This document shows positions 8,060-16,950 of a DNA stretch of 32,000 bases, in pieces (the stretch's first letter is position 1; each line of letters starts with the position of its first letter). The DNA lies in the NCBI RefSeq assembly GCF_000341895.1, contig NC_020409.1, forward strand, positions 1,080,001 to 1,112,000, in the 5' to 3' direction. Below the pieces are notes generated by a model. The model ran no database searches. It saw only the letters and a program-made list of their open reading frames with translations, and was not told the origin of the DNA. The position numbers and the translations under genes are program-made. The DNA is from Pseudodesulfovibrio piezophilus C1TLV30 (GTDB lineage Bacteria > Desulfobacterota > Desulfovibrionia > Desulfovibrionales > Desulfovibrionaceae).

Positions 8060-8785
8060 ATGGGAGAGAACACAACCACCAAGCCGCAGTTTTCCGTGAT
8101 CATCCCCGTGTATGACGAAGCTGCGAACATCAATTCGACCATAAACCACGTCGCCGAAGTCGCACAGTCACATACTGTTGAAATTATTGTCTGCGATGGT
8201 GGGCCTGGTCATGAGACCATCGCGGCCATTGAGACACCTGGCGTCATTACGATACCCTCCAAACCCGGCAGAGGCATTCAACTCAATACCGGAGCAGCTC
8301 ACGCATCGGGAGAAATCCTGCTTTTTCTCCATGCCGATACCCGACTGCCTTCCACCGCATTTCAAGATATTGCGCACGCCCTCAGTGGAGCCTCTGTCGC
8401 AGGAGCTTTCAGTCTTGCCATAGATTCTTCCTCTATAGAACTCAAAATCATTGCATGGTTTGCCAATCTCCGCTCCCGCCTGGAACGGCTACCCTATGGA
8501 GATCAGGCTCATTTTGTTCGAACGGCAGTTTTTCGCTCCCTTGGAGGCTATGCGCCCATTCCGATCATGGAGGATGTTGCTTTTTTTAAACAAATCAATC
8601 GGCAAAGATTGCCCATAAGTATCCTGGCGGGTAAGGTGACGACATCATCGCGACGGTGGGACAAGGAAGGAATGGTGCATCGCACCCTGACAAATTGGTG
8701 GCTCCGTCTGCGATATGCCATGGGCGCACGCCCCGAGGACTTGGTCAGGCACTATCGCCCTCATGACAGCGAGGCTGGTCAATGA
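8060..8785 (+). CDS. Family 2 glycosyltransferase (TIGR04283-like, partner of the DUF2064 protein)
   Basis: Contains FSVIIPVYDEAANI, CDGGPGHET and LFLHADTRLP. It is soluble-sized at 241 aa. It is translationally coupled (ATGA) to the next gene. Confidence 0.85.
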   Translation: MGENTTTKPQFSVIIPVYDEAANINSTINHVAEVAQSHTVEIIVCDGGPGHETIAAIETPGVITIPSKPGRGIQLNTGAAHASGEILLFLHADTRLPSTAFQDIAHALSGASVAGAFSLAIDSSSIELKIIAWFANLRSRLERLPYGDQAHFVRTAVFRSLGGYAPIPIMEDVAFFKQINRQRLPISILAGKVTTSSRRWDKEGMVHRTLTNWWLRLRYAMGARPEDLVRHYRPHDSEAGQ

Positions 8786-9447
8786 AGGACTGTTTACTCT
8801 TTTTTACAAAATTCCCGGAACCCGGAGCCGTCAAGACTCGTCTTGCCGAAGATTCCTCGCCGGAACTGGCAGCGGAATTTTACAAAACCTTTGTCGAGGA
8901 AAAACTCGCTGAATTAGCCGAAGCATGCCGGACCGAAATAATTGTCTGCTTCGCACCGGAGCAAGCACGACTGCAAATGAAGGACTGGCTCGGTACACGG
9001 CAACGCCATCTCGCACAAAAAGGGTCAGACCTGGGGCACAAAATGGAAAACGCCTTCCGCGAGGCTTTCTTCATGGGGTATGAACGAGTTCTTCTGGCCG
9101 GAAGTGATATTCCGGGACTTTCACCTCGCATTGTTGAAGAAGGCATCGAAGCGCTGACCCCCGAGACAGCCTGCCTCGGCCCGGCTGACGATGGCGGATA
9201 TTACTGTATCGGTTTTCATAAATCGCGCTTTCTGCCGGAAGTCTTCCACTCCATGCACTGGAGCACCGAGGATGTTGCCCAACAGACTTTATCACGTATG
9301 GAAACACAAGGACTGGCAGTACATACGATGGAGACACTTGAGGATATCGACACCATCGAAGACCTCGAAACCCTGACCGCTCTGGGGACATCCGGACCAC
9401 TTGGCGAAAAAGCACTGGCAATGGCCAGAAAATTGACAGGATTATAA
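8782..9447 (+). CDS. DUF2064 / TIGR04282-like glycosyltransferase-fold protein
   Basis: The N-terminus LLFFTKFPEPGAVKTRLA and the motif GPADDGGYYCIGF are typical of DUF2064. There is a 4-bp overlap with the upstream GT2 gene. Confidence 0.8.
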   Translation: MKDCLLFFTKFPEPGAVKTRLAEDSSPELAAEFYKTFVEEKLAELAEACRTEIIVCFAPEQARLQMKDWLGTRQRHLAQKGSDLGHKMENAFREAFFMGYERVLLAGSDIPGLSPRIVEEGIEALTPETACLGPADDGGYYCIGFHKSRFLPEVFHSMHWSTEDVAQQTLSRMETQGLAVHTMETLEDIDTIEDLETLTALGTSGPLGEKALAMARKLTGL

Positions 9448-9468
9448 CTCGTTACAACGGAGATTCTC

Positions 9469-9843
9469 ATGGGATTTATTGACAAGGTTCTCGGCAATGC
9501 CTCTGAAATGAATATCAGCGACATGCAAAACGACTTCGACCCCATCCTGGCTCCGGGGGAAAGCATTGTCATGGCGTACAAGATTATTCGCGACCTCTTC
9601 ATTTTTACCGATAAAAGGCTGATCCTCGTCAATAAACAAGGCATAACCGGTAAAAAAGTCGATTATCATTCTCTGCCCTACAAATCGATAACGCACTTCG
9701 CCGTAGAAACAGCCGGGCATTTCGATATGGACGCCGAGCTCAAAATATGGCTTTCAGGAATGCATGAACCTATGACCAAGGAACTCAAGCAAGGTACGGA
9801 TGTCGTCGGCGTGCAGCGTATGCTCGCCCAATACATACTATAG
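9469..9843 (+). CDS. Bacterial PH-domain protein (bPH_1 / YvbH-like)
   Basis: The pattern GFIDKVLGNASEM...IRDLFIFTDKRLILVNKQGITGKKVDYHSLPYKSITHFAVETAG..DMDAELKIWLSG matches the bacterial PH (DUF1696) family pattern. Confidence 0.85.
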   Translation: MGFIDKVLGNASEMNISDMQNDFDPILAPGESIVMAYKIIRDLFIFTDKRLILVNKQGITGKKVDYHSLPYKSITHFAVETAGHFDMDAELKIWLSGMHEPMTKELKQGTDVVGVQRMLAQYIL

Positions 9844-9932
9844 GAACTCTGGCAGGGGGGCACAGAACTGTTACGCCCCCTCCTGAAACCTTGTCTTGAA
9901 TTTCATACGGAGAAGTGAAATAGTCCCCGCCC

Positions 9933-10139
9933 ATGAACAGAACAGAACCCTACCTCGACGAGGACGGCACTCTTATCATTCCCTTCGAGTGCACAGATCA
10001 TACTCACAAGTATTGGAAACAAGAAGGCAAATCCATATCAGAGATCCTCACAAACCTTGGTGTTGATGAAGAAACATGGGCCAAATATACCCACAAAAAA
10101 TTCCCGGATGCCACCCCAGAAACCATTTCGGAAGATTAA
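9933..10139 (+). CDS. Hypothetical small protein (68 aa)
   Basis: Protein-like composition. There is no recognisable motif and no clear SD. Confidence 0.45.
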   Translation: MNRTEPYLDEDGTLIIPFECTDHTHKYWKQEGKSISEILTNLGVDEETWAKYTHKKFPDATPETISED

Positions 10140-10164
10140 AGATCCACGTATCCGACTTGCCCGG

Positions 10165-10818
10165 ATGCCCTGGATAACCTACAAGACCCGCATGCGTAAC
10201 GACCTGCTGAAACACTGGTGCATTTTTTCAAGCCCATTACTCCTGATGCTGCTGGCTCTCTGGATCGGAATCGGACCGGAAGCCAATATCGCCGTTTTTT
10301 TTCACGACCACCGGGCGACCCATCCCCTCCTCAAGGGGATTCTCACTTTTGTTACCGATTGGAGCAATCCGGCTTTTTATGTATTGTATGCTGGAATGTT
10401 AATGCGAGCCTTTCGTAGCAATAATACCGAAAAGAAACGGTATCTCTGCATCCTTTTCAGTGTCCAGTTCGTTGTTTCCGCCCTGTGTGTTCACTTTATC
10501 AAATTCACTGTTGGCCGTCCGAGACCCGGACAGGGGACGTATTTCGAACCCATGACAGCTCGCGGCAGCTATCATTCGCTGCCCTCCGGCCACACCTCGG
10601 AGATCACAGGATGGGCATTGCCGCTCGCCTTCAGACAAAAGCGGCACTGGTTGACGTGTTTTCTCGCGCTGTTCATCGGCTTGGTTGGCTTCTCCCGTGT
10701 CTATCTCGGCTGGCATCACCCAAGCGACGTTTTCTTCGGCTGGCTGTTAGGCAGCTTCGTCGGCTTTGCAACTTCTGTCATCACAGCTTCCTCGCTTTTC
10801 AAGGGAAAAGCGGCTTAA
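10165..10818 (+). CDS. PAP2-family lipid phosphatase (membrane)
   Basis: The three acid-phosphatase motifs are present: KFTVGRPRP, LPSGHTSE and SRVYLGWHHPSDV. Several TM helices are predicted. The track ORF starts at 10057 but overlaps the previous ORF, so I moved the start to ATG 10165. ATG 10192 is also possible. Confidence 0.85.
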   Translation: MPWITYKTRMRNDLLKHWCIFSSPLLLMLLALWIGIGPEANIAVFFHDHRATHPLLKGILTFVTDWSNPAFYVLYAGMLMRAFRSNNTEKKRYLCILFSVQFVVSALCVHFIKFTVGRPRPGQGTYFEPMTARGSYHSLPSGHTSEITGWALPLAFRQKRHWLTCFLALFIGLVGFSRVYLGWHHPSDVFFGWLLGSFVGFATSVITASSLFKGKAA

Positions 10819-10836
10819 GCACCACAAAGGCTCATC

Positions 10837-12459
10837 ATGAAAGCAATTGCTTCCCGGATATGGGGTTTCCTTGAAGATCATCCATGGTTGACCATGATTG
10901 TCGCCGTTTTTGCCCAAACATGGTTTACCATGTGTAATCGCGCACTCTGGTTTTCCGATGAGGTTCGCTATGCCAATGCCTACCAGAACCTTGTGGAAAA
11001 AGGGAACTGGATGGTCCTAGCACTCAACGGCCAACCTTACCCGGACAAGCCCCCAGTCTATTTCTGGTTCCTGTGGCTCCTTGACACAGTGACTCCGGCA
11101 GATATGCCGACGGTCTTTTCCCTTGGCGCAGCTCTCTCAGGGCTCTTTTTTCTGATGGCAAGCTACATTCTGGCCCGAACATTGAAATTCAATCGTTCTG
11201 TCAGCCTGACAGGTATTCTGGTTCTCCTCTCAACGTTCTTTCTGGTCGGCCTTTTCCACTATTCCCGCATGGACTTGATGTTTACCGCACTCATCGTGCT
11301 GAGTCATGCCTGCCTGTTTCGTGCACTGCAGCAGGAAGATCAGGGACGATGGCCCCTCTACGGATGGCTGTTGGCAGGAGTGGCGACTCTGGTCAAAGGT
11401 CCCCTCGGCTTCATATTCCCGTTATTGACATGTCTGCTCTACCTCCTTTGGAAAGAAGAGATTCGCCGACTCTTCACTCGCCAAATGGCCTGGGGAATAG
11501 TCAGTATGCTCGGGTTGCTTGTAGCGTGGATTGCCGGTGTCATCCTGACGGAAGGCCCTTCTTTCCTCCTCAACACAGTCCTTGGTAAACATGTCCTGCA
11601 ACGTGCCACCCATACTTTCCATCATCGCGAGCCGATCTCCTACTACTTCATAGCCTTGCCCCTGGCCTGTTTGCCCTGGACGTTGTTCGCTTTTGTCGCT
11701 CCTGTAAAAAAACTTTTTTTGCCCCAGCATTGGCGCACGCTCTGGACCAACCGCAAGGAAGCAGGCCCCCTCTCGTTCCTGTGGATCATGTTTGGTGCAA
11801 CATTCATCTTCCTCTCATGCCTGAGCGGCAAGGTACTTATTTATATTTTGCCAATGTTCACTCCCCTGGCCTTGCTCATGGCTGATGGCATGCCTCGGCT
11901 TGACGAAAAACACACCAATCGTTTCTGGACTCTGGTCGCGGGATTCTGGTGTGTGATGGGAGCAGGGTTGGTACTGGCGGGCGACCTGCTTCCCTTCCAG
12001 GTTCCTGTTCGCGGCATGGGTATCGCCGCTGTCACTCTCATGGCGGGGGGCGCGGCAATCATGGCGCTCCGAAAAACAGGGTTCAAGGCAGGTCTGATCT
12101 GCTCGACTCTCGCTGTCACACTCTGGCTCTACCCTGTAGGCGCACTGGTCGCCCCGTCACTGGATAATGCAATGAGCCCCCAACATCAGGGGAGCAGAAT
12201 AGGAGAACTGATCACTGCCGGATACACTCCGGTGGCATTCAAGATTTACTCCGGCATTTTCACTTATTACGCTGGACATGACATCATTGAGACCGGGGAC
12301 TGGGACAATCTCGACTCACTGATGACAAACAATGACAAGGTTGTTCTCTCCATTCGCGAAAAACACTGGAAACAATGGAAAGATCGCCCTGCCGATCTCA
12401 GAGTCGTTGACAGACAGGATATCGCAGGAATGGTCTACCTCGTCGTCATCAAAAATTGA
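10837..12459 (+). CDS. ArnT-like GT-C glycosyltransferase (family 39/83, polyprenyl-phosphate-sugar dependent)
   Basis: 540 aa and polytopic. The first periplasmic loop motif SDEVRYANAYQNL is the ArnT/PMT-type DE.RY motif. Gene order follows PAP2. Confidence 0.85.
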   Translation: MKAIASRIWGFLEDHPWLTMIVAVFAQTWFTMCNRALWFSDEVRYANAYQNLVEKGNWMVLALNGQPYPDKPPVYFWFLWLLDTVTPADMPTVFSLGAALSGLFFLMASYILARTLKFNRSVSLTGILVLLSTFFLVGLFHYSRMDLMFTALIVLSHACLFRALQQEDQGRWPLYGWLLAGVATLVKGPLGFIFPLLTCLLYLLWKEEIRRLFTRQMAWGIVSMLGLLVAWIAGVILTEGPSFLLNTVLGKHVLQRATHTFHHREPISYYFIALPLACLPWTLFAFVAPVKKLFLPQHWRTLWTNRKEAGPLSFLWIMFGATFIFLSCLSGKVLIYILPMFTPLALLMADGMPRLDEKHTNRFWTLVAGFWCVMGAGLVLAGDLLPFQVPVRGMGIAAVTLMAGGAAIMALRKTGFKAGLICSTLAVTLWLYPVGALVAPSLDNAMSPQHQGSRIGELITAGYTPVAFKIYSGIFTYYAGHDIIETGDWDNLDSLMTNNDKVVLSIREKHWKQWKDRPADLRVVDRQDIAGMVYLVVIKN

Positions 12460-12542
12460 CACAGCTATCACGATTTCCCGGCCAGTCCATTCCTGAACTA
12501 TTAGACAATGTCTAGAGAGTTGCGTAGAGTTCCAGGTCAGTC

Positions 12543-13187
12543 ATGCTGAAACAGATGCGTCATATCCTTTTTGCCGGTTACATCGGACTGATGACCGGGT
12601 GTGCCGTTTACCCTGCCGTTCAAGTGGCAGGCGGCGCAATGACGGGCTATGATGCAGCCAATCTGGCTGACAGATATCTGCCTCGCGATTCCGTGGCTGG
12701 TGGTGAAATCTGCGGTAATGCTGATAAGATGCTTGAAAGACGCCTACGTGAACGTCTCAAATTCAATAATCTTCAGACCATCTCGGCCCATGTCGTCGCA
12801 AGACAGGCTTTTTTGATTGGCCGCGTCATCATGCGAAAGGATGCGGACCATGCCATAAAAATTGCCAGTGCAGTGCAAGGCATCAAGGTCGTCACTTGCA
12901 AATTCTACCCGATGGGGACCCCGAAACAAGCCATTGATGACTCCCACCTGCTCGCTCAGCTAACAAGTGCGCTCACGAGATCCAACATGCTTGAAACCGC
13001 CGACCTGCGCGTGGAAGTCATCCAGGGAAATGCCATTCTCATTGGCTCTACCGGGAGTTGGAATCAAAAAACAGCAGCAGTAGCCATAGCCCACGAGATT
13101 GGTGAAGTCCTCAATGTTATTGACTACATTGTGGTCACCCCCCCTTCTTCGCCGGAACAGGAAAACGAAGATATCGCAACCAACTGA
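12543..13187 (+). CDS. BON-domain lipoprotein
   Basis: The lipobox is LMTGC. Two BON-like repeats are present (ISAHVVARQAFLIGRV.. and LRVEVIQGNAILIGST..). Confidence 0.75.
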   Translation: MLKQMRHILFAGYIGLMTGCAVYPAVQVAGGAMTGYDAANLADRYLPRDSVAGGEICGNADKMLERRLRERLKFNNLQTISAHVVARQAFLIGRVIMRKDADHAIKIASAVQGIKVVTCKFYPMGTPKQAIDDSHLLAQLTSALTRSNMLETADLRVEVIQGNAILIGSTGSWNQKTAAVAIAHEIGEVLNVIDYIVVTPPSSPEQENEDIATN

Positions 13188-13205
13188 CAGGGAGACTGCA
13201 CGAAA

Positions 13206-13233
13206 AAGCCCTGCCTCTTTCGAGACAGGGCTT
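13206..13233. terminator. Bidirectional terminator between convergent genes
   Basis: AAGCCCTG(c)CTC-tttc-GAG(a)CAGGGCTT hairpin with an A-run on the left. Confidence 0.65.
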
Positions 13234-13253
13234 ATGAAGCAGATTGATTGGAT

Positions 13254-14174
13254 CTATTCAGCGCATTCGAAAATACGCTCAAAAGTCTTGAGCACCTCAA
13301 GCCCATCCTTGCCCGTGATGGGAACTTCTGTCCCGTTACGTAAGGCTCCAAGGAACTGATTCAGTTCTTCCTTGACTGGCTCACGGAACATCAGAGGCCA
13401 CTCTCGCACGGAGTAGGACTTGTCGTAAGTGGAAAATGCCGAGTATTCCTTGACTTCCTGGGTAATCAGATTGGCCTGGATATACTTTGATTCACAAGCC
13501 ACATTGATTTTGCGTCCTTTGTACGGAGTAACCCAGTTGGTGGTAATATTGGCCAAGATACCGTTTTCCATTTCAGCAGTGATCAAAGCCGAATCCTCAT
13601 GCTTGCCAAGAGTCGTAGAGGAAACCGCATAGACCGATTTGAATTCAGAACCCGTAAGATAGCGAATTAGGTCAATATCGTGAGATCCGAGATCCTTGAT
13701 AACACCGACATCCTGAATGCGTGGCGGATAAGGACCGACGCGCTCGATCTGGATGGAGATAACGTCATCGCCAAGAAGTTCCTTGACCCGCTGCACAGCC
13801 GGATTGAAACGCTCCACGTGACCGACCATCAGGGAAATACCCATTTCCGCAGCCTTTTTGACCAGTTCTTCACCTTCTGCAGCGGTGGCGGCGAGAGGCT
13901 TCTCAATGATCAAATTAATTTTTTTCTCGATAATCTTGAGGCCAGTCTCATGATGTAGACTGGTGGGAACGCAGACGCTCATTGCGTCCAAGTCATTTTC
14001 CAATAACTCATCCAAAGTCGCATATGTCTTCACGCCAAATTGAGCTGCTACTTCTTCACGGGCCGTGGCGTCAACGTCAACCACCCCGACGACTTCAACA
14101 TCAGCCATTTCGGTATAATTACGCAGATGGACACGTCCCATCCAGCCCAAACCGACGACTCCAACTTTTATCAT
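13254..14174 (-). CDS. Gfo/Idh/MocA family NAD(P)-dependent oxidoreductase (possibly GnnA-like UDP-GlcNAc 3-dehydrogenase)
   Basis: The Rossmann motif is IKVGVVGLGWMGRVH and the EKP motif is IIEKPLA. The frame is open from 14204. I prefer ATG 14174, which has GAAAGGAAAG upstream. The gene is divergent from lpxB. Confidence 0.85.
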   Translation of the reverse strand: MIKVGVVGLGWMGRVHLRNYTEMADVEVVGVVDVDATAREEVAAQFGVKTYATLDELLENDLDAMSVCVPTSLHHETGLKIIEKKINLIIEKPLAATAAEGEELVKKAAEMGISLMVGHVERFNPAVQRVKELLGDDVISIQIERVGPYPPRIQDVGVIKDLGSHDIDLIRYLTGSEFKSVYAVSSTTLGKHEDSALITAEMENGILANITTNWVTPYKGRKINVACESKYIQANLITQEVKEYSAFSTYDKSYSVREWPLMFREPVKEELNQFLGALRNGTEVPITGKDGLEVLKTFERIFECAE

Positions 14175-14316
14175 AATACTTTCCTTTCTTTTGATGTCCG
14201 TCACAGTTTCCCTGCTCGCGCCGTTTCTACGCGCTCAGCAGGCGGTTTGCAACCTCATTAGCCCCATAATTCCCCCCTGGCTTGCGGCTCCTGCCCAGTT
14301 GAGGTACTAACTATCC

Positions 14317-15462
14317 ATGCACACTGGCAATTCACATGGCCCCATTTGGATCAATGTCGGAGAAGCTTCCGGCGATCTGCACGGCGCAGAGCTGATCAAG
14401 GCACTCAAAGAGCAGGACCCTTCCGCCACATTCACCGGCATGGGCGGCCCTGCCATGAAACGGGAAGGCATGAATGCTCTTTTCGATATGAAGCTCATTT
14501 CACTGGTGGGCATCACGGAAATTCTTGGCGGACTCCCCAAGATACTCTTATTACTGAGGAAGATAAGAAAAAATCTGGCATATATCAAACCTCGCGCCAT
14601 TATTCTGATCGACTGTCCTGAATTCAATTTCCGCGTGGCGAAGATAGCCAGGAAACTGAGCATCCCGGTCTATTACTATATCAGCCCACAAATATGGGCC
14701 TGGCGTTCCGGGCGGGTACACTTCTTGCGAAAGTATGTTCGTCGCGTGATCTGCATTCTGCCGTTTGAAAAGGCATTTTATGAAAAATTCGGTGTGGAGG
14801 TTGATTATGTGGGACACCCACTGATGGATGTTCTCCCCCTTGATCAACTTGACACACTCCCCGTTGAGGAAAACCGCATCGGCTTGCTTCCTGGCAGCCG
14901 GAGCAAGGAAGTGGCAACGCTGCTGCCCGAGTTCGCCTGCGCCGCACAGATTCTGAAAAAAGACCACCCTCATTTGACGTATGTCATTGTCCGCGCACCC
15001 GGTATGGACAAAGAACTTCTACAGGCTCTCTGGCCGGAAGACATTCCCGTGGAGATCGTCGAGCCAGCCACTCGCTATGAGGTATTCCGCTCCTGCCGAT
15101 TCATCCTTGCGGCATCCGGAACCGTCACCCTGGAAACGGCTCTTATCGGCACCCCTGTCATTGTCGCCTATCAAGTCTCCCGATTCTCGGCATTCATCGG
15201 CAAACTGTTGATCAATGTTGAGAATATAAGCCTCCCCAACCTCATCTCGGAAAGAGAAATTTACCCGGAACATATCCAAAAACAGGCCACAGGCCCATAC
15301 CTTGCCCAAACAGCAGCCCGATGGCTTGATGACCCAGAAACATACAAAGCAGTCAAAAATTCGCTTGGAGAACTCAGGTCATTGGTTGGTGCCCCCGGAG
15401 CAGCCATGCGAGCAGCAGGAATTATTCTGGATGATTTGGAGACTCTCTCGCCCCAAAGCTGA
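14317..15462 (+). CDS. lpxB: Lipid-A-disaccharide synthase
   Basis: Contains IWINVGEASGDLHGAELIKALK and LLPGSRSKEV. At 381 aa it has the typical LpxB length. Confidence 0.92.
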   Translation: MHTGNSHGPIWINVGEASGDLHGAELIKALKEQDPSATFTGMGGPAMKREGMNALFDMKLISLVGITEILGGLPKILLLLRKIRKNLAYIKPRAIILIDCPEFNFRVAKIARKLSIPVYYYISPQIWAWRSGRVHFLRKYVRRVICILPFEKAFYEKFGVEVDYVGHPLMDVLPLDQLDTLPVEENRIGLLPGSRSKEVATLLPEFACAAQILKKDHPHLTYVIVRAPGMDKELLQALWPEDIPVEIVEPATRYEVFRSCRFILAASGTVTLETALIGTPVIVAYQVSRFSAFIGKLLINVENISLPNLISEREIYPEHIQKQATGPYLAQTAARWLDDPETYKAVKNSLGELRSLVGAPGAAMRAAGIILDDLETLSPQS

Positions 15463-15650
15463 GAGGTCGCACAAACGCCCCCTGACCGCCATACTCCCGT
15501 AACCTCTTCCACGTAAATATCCATTGACACGAAATGACGGCTGCTTCAGCATATATGCTCTTTCATGGCTCTTTTTGACTTCTTAAAGAAAATTCATTTT
15601 CTGGACGGACACAACTCTTTATTGACCGATACCTCTCCATTCCCATCCGA

Positions 15651-15708
15651 AACGCCGGGAGCCTGTTCATGTACCAACAGCTCCCGGCGTTTTGCGTGAC
15701 ACGCAAAA
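15651..15708. terminator. Compound hairpin terminator (16-bp bulged stem plus an overlapping 9-bp palindrome)
   Basis: AACGCCGGGAGC(c)TGTT (15651-15667) pairs with AACAGCTCCCGGCGTT (15676-15691). TTTTGCGTG-a-CACGCAAAA follows at 15690-15708. It lies 40 nt past the msrAB stop on the minus strand. Confidence 0.7.
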
Positions 15709-15747
15709 ACCACGGGTGCACACATGGCTTTCGCCCATCCTGCACGC

Positions 15748-16854
15748 TCATTTCCGCTCCTCGAAAAGAGGGAGGAACTCCCCGTATCCTTCCTTTTCCA
15801 ATTCATCCTTCGGAACAAAACGAAGAGCGGCGGAATTCATACAATAACGCAATCCCGTGGGAGGAGGGCCATCATCAAAGACATGTCCAAGATGGGAATC
15901 TCCCATCCTGCTGCGAATTTCTGTTCGCACTGAAAAAAACGATCTATCCTGCTTTTCCACGATATTGTCTGCCACCAGAGGACGGGTAAAACTCGGCCAT
16001 CCTGTTCCAGACTTGTACTTGTCACGAGAAGAGAACAACGGCTCACCAGAGACTCTGTCAACATAAAGCCCCTCAGCCTTGTTATCCCAATATTCATTTT
16101 CAAACGGAGGTTCTGTCCCTTTGTTCTGGGTGACATCATACTGCACCTCTGTCAGGAGTCGCCGTAAAGTCTCATCATCCGGCTTCACGAATGATCCCTT
16201 CTCTGGCGCACTCTTCCCGGCATTCTTGCCCCAAGTCTTATTCACATACTTGTCACGCCCGGAGAAATATTGATACGTCTTGTACCGAGCCGGACTCTTC
16301 TTGTAATAATCCTGGTGATACGCTTCTGCTTCATAAAAACTTGTCAAGGGAATGAGAGGTGTCACCACAGGCTTCCCCAAACGGCCTGAAGCATCCAAAG
16401 CTTCCTTGGATGCCTCGGCATCCCGGCGCTGACTTTCATCATGGTAGAAAATGGCTGATGTGTACTGAGCTCCTCTGTCTCCAAAAGAACCACCTGCATC
16501 TGTCGGGTCAAAATGCTTCCAGAAATAATCAATCACCTCACGATAGGTCACCAGGGTCGGATCAAAAGAGATCTGTACAGCCTCCCTGTGACCGGTTGTT
16601 CCGGAGGAGACCTGTTCATAGCTGGGATTGACCTCTTCTCCCCCGGCATATCCGGACACGACTTTGACCACACCGGGGAGCTTTTCCATATCAGATTCCA
16701 CACACCAGAAACACCCACCGGCTACCGTGGCACTTTCAAGCTTCTTTGTCTCGGTCATGGAAGTCTCCTTTTCTGCTGCATACCCGGTATGAGCAAGAGC
16801 AACCAGCAACAGAGCTACCCCTGCAAGAGAAATACAATATGCCTTCAAGGACAT
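15748..16854 (-). CDS. msrAB: Secreted bifunctional methionine sulfoxide reductase MsrA/MsrB
   Basis: Signal peptide [28 protein letters not shown]. The MsrA motif is GGCFWCVE. The MsrB motifs are GWPSF and [14 protein letters not shown] lies 6 nt upstream of the ATG. Confidence 0.93.
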   Translation of the reverse strand: MSLKAYCISLAGVALLLVALAHTGYAAEKETSMTETKKLESATVAGGCFWCVESDMEKLPGVVKVVSGYAGGEEVNPSYEQVSSGTTGHREAVQISFDPTLVTYREVIDYFWKHFDPTDAGGSFGDRGAQYTSAIFYHDESQRRDAEASKEALDASGRLGKPVVTPLIPLTSFYEAEAYHQDYYKKSPARYKTYQYFSGRDKYVNKTWGKNAGKSAPEKGSFVKPDDETLRRLLTEVQYDVTQNKGTEPPFENEYWDNKAEGLYVDRVSGEPLFSSRDKYKSGTGWPSFTRPLVADNIVEKQDRSFFSVRTEIRSRMGDSHLGHVFDDGPPPTGLRYCMNSAALRFVPKDELEKEGYGEFLPLFEERK

Positions 16855-16898
16855 GCCAGTCTCTCCTTAATTAACAATAGCTACTAATCTTATATCAT

Positions 16899-16927
16899 AA
16901 AATAGAACTGCACAGCAGGTGTGTCAA
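16899..16927 (-). promoter_or_regulatory. Sigma70-like promoter of msrAB (TTGACA-N17-TATTTT on the minus strand)
   Basis: The -35 is the reverse complement of 16922-16927, followed by a 17-nt spacer. The -10 is the reverse complement of 16899-16904, about 45 nt upstream of the ATG. It overlaps two tandem 13-mers. Confidence 0.4.
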
Positions 16928-16950
16928 GCAGGTGTTCAAAAAAGTGGTGC

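Noticed and set aside
9850-9885. G6C / GC5 hairpin after the PH-domain gene as a terminator
   Set aside because: The stem is plausible but there is no T-tract on either side. Downstream genes are co-directional, so I did not call it.
10057-10164. 5' extension of the PAP2 ORF
   Set aside because: It overlaps the 68-aa ORF in another frame and adds a basic, non-membrane leader with no SD. The first TM helix follows ATG 10165/10192.
15565-15699. 45-codon plus ORF (MALFDFLKKIHFLDGHNSLLTDTS...) in the lpxB-msrAB spacer
   Set aside because: It has no SD and reads straight through the 16-bp terminator stem. It is probably fortuitous.
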